DNA of 44,817 nt from a virus. This document shows, in pieces, positions 41,204 to 44,817 of the stretch. The notes beneath the pieces are model-generated. The model saw nothing but the letters and a program-made list of their open reading frames with translations, ran no database searches and was not told the DNA's origin. The DNA is taken from positions 1 to 44,817 of the IMG/VR virus record IMGVR_UViG_3300019487_000010; one strand, 5' to 3'. Position numbers and translations under genes: made by a program. Within the stretch, counting starts at the first letter, position 1. Each line of letters begins with the position of its first letter.

Positions 41204-41932
41204 TCACCGCTCCCACCAGACGATCTCGACTTCCCAGCTGGCCGCGGCGCTCTGCGACGGCTGCCAGACGTGCATCACCATCGACCCGCCCGGCGTGACC
41301 GCGATCGGAGCCATCTGCTTCGCGATGCTGACCGGGGTGGTGCCCGCGATCGGGCCACCGCCCGGGTTGCCGTTGCTGCCCCAGCACCCGAAGGTGATGT
41401 GCACCTCGTCGCCGATCGTCCAGCAGGGCGCCACCTGGGTCTTCAGCACCGTTCGGCCGAGGATCCGCTGGTTGGTGGCAGCCGCCGCGACCAGCGCCCC
41501 GAAGTAGGGCGAGCAGATGCTCGCGGGCGCGTCGTCGTTCCGGGTGCTGGAGGGCACGAGCAGGGCGCCGCCTGACGAGTAGCGGTTGATCGTGTCGATG
41601 ACCAGGGCGACGTGCGCGCTCACGCCACCAGTCCCCGCGGCGGTGTTCACCATGCGGATCGACACCGGGAGGATCGACTTTCCGCCCGCGCTGGCTGTGC
41701 TTCGGAGGATGCACAGCGCCGCGGTCGCGCTGAAGGCGGTCGTCGCCGCGGCGCCGGCGAGGCCGGTGCCCATCGTCGGGTTCGTGGCGACGAAGACCTG
41801 CCCCTCTTCGGCCGCCTGCGCCGGGCCGGGGAGCCACAGTCCGCCGTAGCGGTCGCCCCGGACCTGGACGTTGTTGCCCTCGGTGTTCGCTGAGGGGACC
41901 GTGCGTCGGACGAGGTTGGCGATCTGCGGCAT
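41204..41932 (-). CDS. Hypothetical beta-rich virion protein (242 aa)
   Basis: Normal composition, whereas the overlapping 40914..41837 frame is an Arg/Gly shadow. It lies downstream of the tail fibre. Confidence 0.5.
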   Translation of the reverse strand: MPQIANLVRRTVPSANTEGNNVQVRGDRYGGLWLPGPAQAAEEGQVFVATNPTMGTGLAGAAATTAFSATAALCILRSTASAGGKSILPVSIRMVNTAAGTGGVSAHVALVIDTINRYSSGGALLVPSSTRNDDAPASICSPYFGALVAAAATNQRILGRTVLKTQVAPCWTIGDEVHITFGCWGSNGNPGGGPIAGTTPVSIAKQMAPIAVTPGGSMVMHVWQPSQSAAASWEVEIVWWER

Positions 41933-41945
41933 GGTCTTCTTCTCC

Positions 41946-42380
41946 TCAGCCGATCGAGTAGATCAGCTCAATGCTGGGCAGGGTGACGACGGTGCCGTTC
42001 CCGATCATGTCGTCGAGGCCCCAGCCCTTGGCCGCCACGAGCACGTCGAACGACCCGTTGCGGACCCTGACCACGTTCGCCAGGAACAGGACCCCCGCGT
42101 CGCCGGCGTCCGTGTCAGCGCCGTTGCGCTGCACCGACAGCAGGATCTTGCTCGCTGCGGTGACACGCGCGTCCGTGACCGTGTAGCGTACGAGGGAGTC
42201 CCCGATCGACACCTGCGTGCTGGCCGTCACCGTGCCGGCCCCAGGACGCAGGCCGCTGTCGGCTCGCATCACGGGGCGCTGCGTCCCGTAGCTGTCCTGG
42301 TCGAGGACCACCGGTGCGCCGTCGTTGTCCGCGGTCAGGTCAGCCAGGTCGATGACGACGCGGGTCAGGGTGCCGCTCAT
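41946..42380 (-). CDS. Hypothetical protein coupled to the tail fibre gene (144 aa)
   Basis: 4-nt overlap with the tail fibre stop. A fibre accessory or assembly role is only positional. Confidence 0.45.
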   Translation of the reverse strand: MSGTLTRVVIDLADLTADNDGAPVVLDQDSYGTQRPVMRADSGLRPGAGTVTASTQVSIGDSLVRYTVTDARVTAASKILLSVQRNGADTDAGDAGVLFLANVVRVRNGSFDVLVAAKGWGLDDMIGNGTVVTLPSIELIYSIG

Positions 42381-44817
42381 GCGCTGGGCCCTCGGATGAC
42401 GGTTAGCTCCGCGCGCTCGACGTAGGACTCGTCGCCAACGTTGCCGGGCTGCACGCGCAAGAACACGTCGATGTCGCCCGTGGTGTCAGGAAAGACGCCG
42501 CTGGTCGCCTCCACGTCGTAGTAGGGCACGCCGTTGAGCGTGGCCTCCCCGTGCAGGGCCCTGTAATGGGTCTGCACCACACTCACCACGTCGATGGTCC
42601 GCACCTCGAACTCGACCTCAACCTCGATTCGCCCGGGCTCGTCGCTCTCCCCGTAAGCGGGCAGGTTGACCACCACAGCGGCCGTCGTGCCGACGCAGAC
42701 CTTCCAGGTGGCGATGTTCGTCACCGCCCCGACGCTGGGCCGGTACGTCGTCAGGCGCGCCCGTAGCCGGAAGCGCGTCCCGACCTCGATGACCTCCTCC
42801 GGAACGGTGAGGGTCTCCACCGTGGTCAGCGCCACGGTGCCGGTTAGCACGTCGGACTCCTCGGTCACCTCCAGGACCTGGAGGAGATCGGGCACGCCGG
42901 TGATCGCCCCACCAGTGATCGCAACGGCGTCCGCGTCCTGCGTCGCTATCGAGCCCATCCCCAATGTGTTCCGCTGCGCGGCGGCGTTCGCGTCGTCGAG
43001 GAGCGCCTTGCCGGCGGCGGTCAGGCCGTAGGTCGCCGCGGTGCCAGCGCCGGTGAACTGGATGCCCTTGTCGGCTGCGCTCGTGAGGCCGGCGATCGCC
43101 GTCAACTCGGCGTCGAGCGGCTGGTAGCCGGCCGCGACGTGCTCCTCGGTGGCGAGCGTCCCGTCAGCGTCGGGCGCCTGCAGGTCCCGCTCGTCGGTCA
43201 CGTTGTCAGCCAAGAACCGCGCCCACAAGCCGTCCCCGACCCGGCTCGCCCCGAAGGCGATGCGCAGCGCACCGACGGTCAGCGGCACGGTGCCGGCGTT
43301 GGCCCCGTCGACAGCCTCCAGCCCTGGCGGGTCGAAGACCAGGTCGGGGACGAAGCCAGACCGGACACCCGCGTTGCTCGGGCCCAGCGCGAGGAGCCCG
43401 TCGGCGCCCAGGCGAGCGCGCTCGGTCGCGGTGCCAGCCGCGTCATGTGACTTGAAGGTCAAGGCCCTGTCACTCTCGAGCCCCCATGACCACCCCTCCT
43501 TCACCCCGCCCGTGCCTAGCTCCGGGCACCCTGCTGCGTATCGCACCCAAGACTTCAACGCAAGGAGGTACGCGGAGTCTGGGGTCACGCCTCGACGAGA
43601 GAAGCAGTCCCCGTCGAAGTCACGCGCGGTAATCACGCCAGGAGCGAGCACGATACCGCCCGGCCCCGCGTTGTAGGGACGCAGGCGATCAGCGTTGAGG
43701 CCAAGCTTCGGCCCGCGTTCTTGACCGTAGGTGAAGAGCCGAAGCACCACCGGAGCGTACTCGAGGTACCGCCGCGCTGCGTGCTTGGCACGACGATCAT
43801 ACCGTCCGTCGAAGACCTTGCCATAGAGCCCTTGCACCGGAAGTGCCCGCAGGGCGAGGCCAGGCAGGTGAAGCTCATGGGTGCTTCCCACCCAACCGTG
43901 GTGCTCATCTGCGCCATCGATGGCCTCTTCGCCCTCACGACGGATTCGCTCAATCTCCTCCGACACCGGGTCAGGAACCACTGGCGGTACGCGAGGCGCT
44001 GGCGGACGGGGGCGCAACTTACGCGGAACCCGCACTGGCTCCAGGGGAGGCAGCCGCGGGTCATCTGGCACCGGATCTGTGGGCCCCAGAGGAACGGGGT
44101 TCTGGGGCGTGAAGGGCTCTTCCCCGTCCCCGGGCAGACCCCCTCCGTCGCCGGGTCCGTCGCCGGGTCCGCCGCCGGGCTCCTCAGGTTCATCATGACA
44201 GAGCGGGCTCGAGGTGCACCAAGCCCACTCTTCACGGGCAAGGTTGTACCCAAAGTGGACCGCGGTAGGCTCAGAGAAGTCCTGCCCCGCCCGGTAGTCA
44301 GCGACGGACATGCGACCCTGGAACCCGTCTCGCACCCAGTCCACCTGAAGGTTCAAGCAGAGGTTGCGAAGCGGTTCACCGTTCGCGTTGGCTCCTAGAT
44401 CCACACTGGGATTACCGAACCCGGACGTGAACGGTCCTTTCGCCTCGCTGTTGAAGCAGAGGACGTTGCCGCCTGGCCCCCGCCCGCTGGTGGCAGCACG
44501 ATAATCCATCGGCAGTTGAGTCCAGAGCCCGATCACCCCGTGGTGCCCGCCGAAGCGGCGCTCTGCCCCGTTCAACGCGATGACCGTCGCTACCCCAGCG
44601 AGGGGACCCGAAGCGGTCTTCTCCGAGAGGGGCCTCGTCACGAGAGCGCTCTCAAGGCCTGCTCGTTGAGAGCGCTGCGGACTCACGGCGCTTACTCGCC
44701 AGCCCTGAACTTGCGTAGAGAAGCTCGCCTCTCCATGACGGGGGGGTCGCTCATCGCTGTGCAGTCGGTTGTCCCAGCCGGGCATGAACAGCCCCTCTTG
44801 GCTGAGTTCATCCGTCC
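42377..44817 (-). CDS. Tail fibre protein, main part (continues upstream across the junction into 655..124)
   Basis: GYQPLDAELTAIAGLTSAADKGIQFTGAGTAATYGLTAAGKALLDDANAAAQRNTLGMGSIATQ is the widespread phage tail-fibre motif. There is a Pro/Gly-rich hinge. The frame is open to the window end. Confidence 0.8.
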   Translation of the reverse strand, partial: TDELSQEGLFMPGWDNRLHSDERPPRHGEASFSTQVQGWRVSAVSPQRSQRAGLESALVTRPLSEKTASGPLAGVATVIALNGAERRFGGHHGVIGLWTQLPMDYRAATSGRGPGGNVLCFNSEAKGPFTSGFGNPSVDLGANANGEPLRNLCLNLQVDWVRDGFQGRMSVADYRAGQDFSEPTAVHFGYNLAREEWAWCTSSPLCHDEPEEPGGGPGDGPGDGGGLPGDGEEPFTPQNPVPLGPTDPVPDDPRLPPLEPVRVPRKLRPRPPAPRVPPVVPDPVSEEIERIRREGEEAIDGADEHHGWVGSTHELHLPGLALRALPVQGLYGKVFDGRYDRRAKHAARRYLEYAPVVLRLFTYGQERGPKLGLNADRLRPYNAGPGGIVLAPGVITARDFDGDCFSRRGVTPDSAYLLALKSWVRYAAGCPELGTGGVKEGWSWGLESDRALTFKSHDAAGTATERARLGADGLLALGPSNAGVRSGFVPDLVFDPPGLEAVDGANAGTVPLTVGALRIAFGASRVGDGLWARFLADNVTDERDLQAPDADGTLATEEHVAAGYQPLDAELTAIAGLTSAADKGIQFTGAGTAATYGLTAAGKALLDDANAAAQRNTLGMGSIATQDADAVAITGGAITGVPDLLQVLEVTEESDVLTGTVALTTVETLTVPEEVIEVGTRFRLRARLTTYRPSVGAVTNIATWKVCVGTTAAVVVNLPAYGESDEPGRIEVEVEFEVRTIDVVSVVQTHYRALHGEATLNGVPYYDVEATSGVFPDTTGDIDVFLRVQPGNVGDESYVERAELTVIRGPSA
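44695..44817. repeat. Second copy of the 123-bp terminal duplication
   Basis: Identical to 1-123. Confidence 0.95.

Noticed and set aside
40914-41837. 307-aa minus-strand ORF overlapping 41204..41932, and similar alternative-frame minus ORFs at 7298-7678, 7837-8427, 11491-11973, 11970-12575 and 16550-17227
   Set aside because: Their composition is extremely Arg/Gly/Pro-rich, and they overlap frames that have normal composition and recognisable motifs. I treated them as off-frame artefacts.

Overview
This window is a complete, circularly closed genome of a high-GC (roughly 60-65% by eye) tailed dsDNA phage. Positions 1-123 are identical to 44695-44817, so the unique sequence is 44,694 bp. The window is therefore an arbitrarily linearised circle, or a genome with a 123-bp direct terminal repeat. 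Every credible gene is on the minus strand, tightly packed, with many ATGA/GTGA/TGATG stop-start overlaps. The long plus-strand ORFs are GC-rich shadow frames. Reading the minus strand from high to low coordinates: (1) an extended -10 promoter at 39462-39470; (2) a replication block with an SNF2 helicase and a DnaG-type primase fused to an MCM-like AAA+ helicase; (3) a seven-gene nucleotide-metabolism / possible DNA-modification cluster immediately upstream of the polymerase (SAM methyltransferase, P-loop kinase, nucleoside 2-deoxyribosyltransferase-like, HD, MazG-like, divergent ThyX, kinase-UDG-fold fusion); (4) a family A DNA polymerase; (5) a ~450-bp lower-GC non-coding hub with repeats and a second promoter; (6) an operon of small genes whose first three intercistronic spacers each carry a type II hammerhead ribozyme motif, supported by compensatory changes between copies; (7) ligase, a VRR-NUC-like nuclease and a GDPD-like protein; (8) a 122-bp palindromic element; (9) a near-leaderless late promoter at 20271-20299; (10) terminase, portal, a 1157-aa MuF-topoisomerase IB-ADP-ribosyltransferase polyvalent virion protein, a Mu gpT-like capsid, connectors, tail proteins, and a ~990-aa tail fibre gene that spans the window junction; (11) membrane/lipoprotein lysis-like genes; (12) a second copy of the palindromic element. 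I saw no tRNA, rRNA, CRISPR array, integrase, phage RNA polymerase, tail sheath, obvious tape measure or recognisable endolysin. All protein calls rest on motif recognition by eye in the supplied translations. No database search was run.
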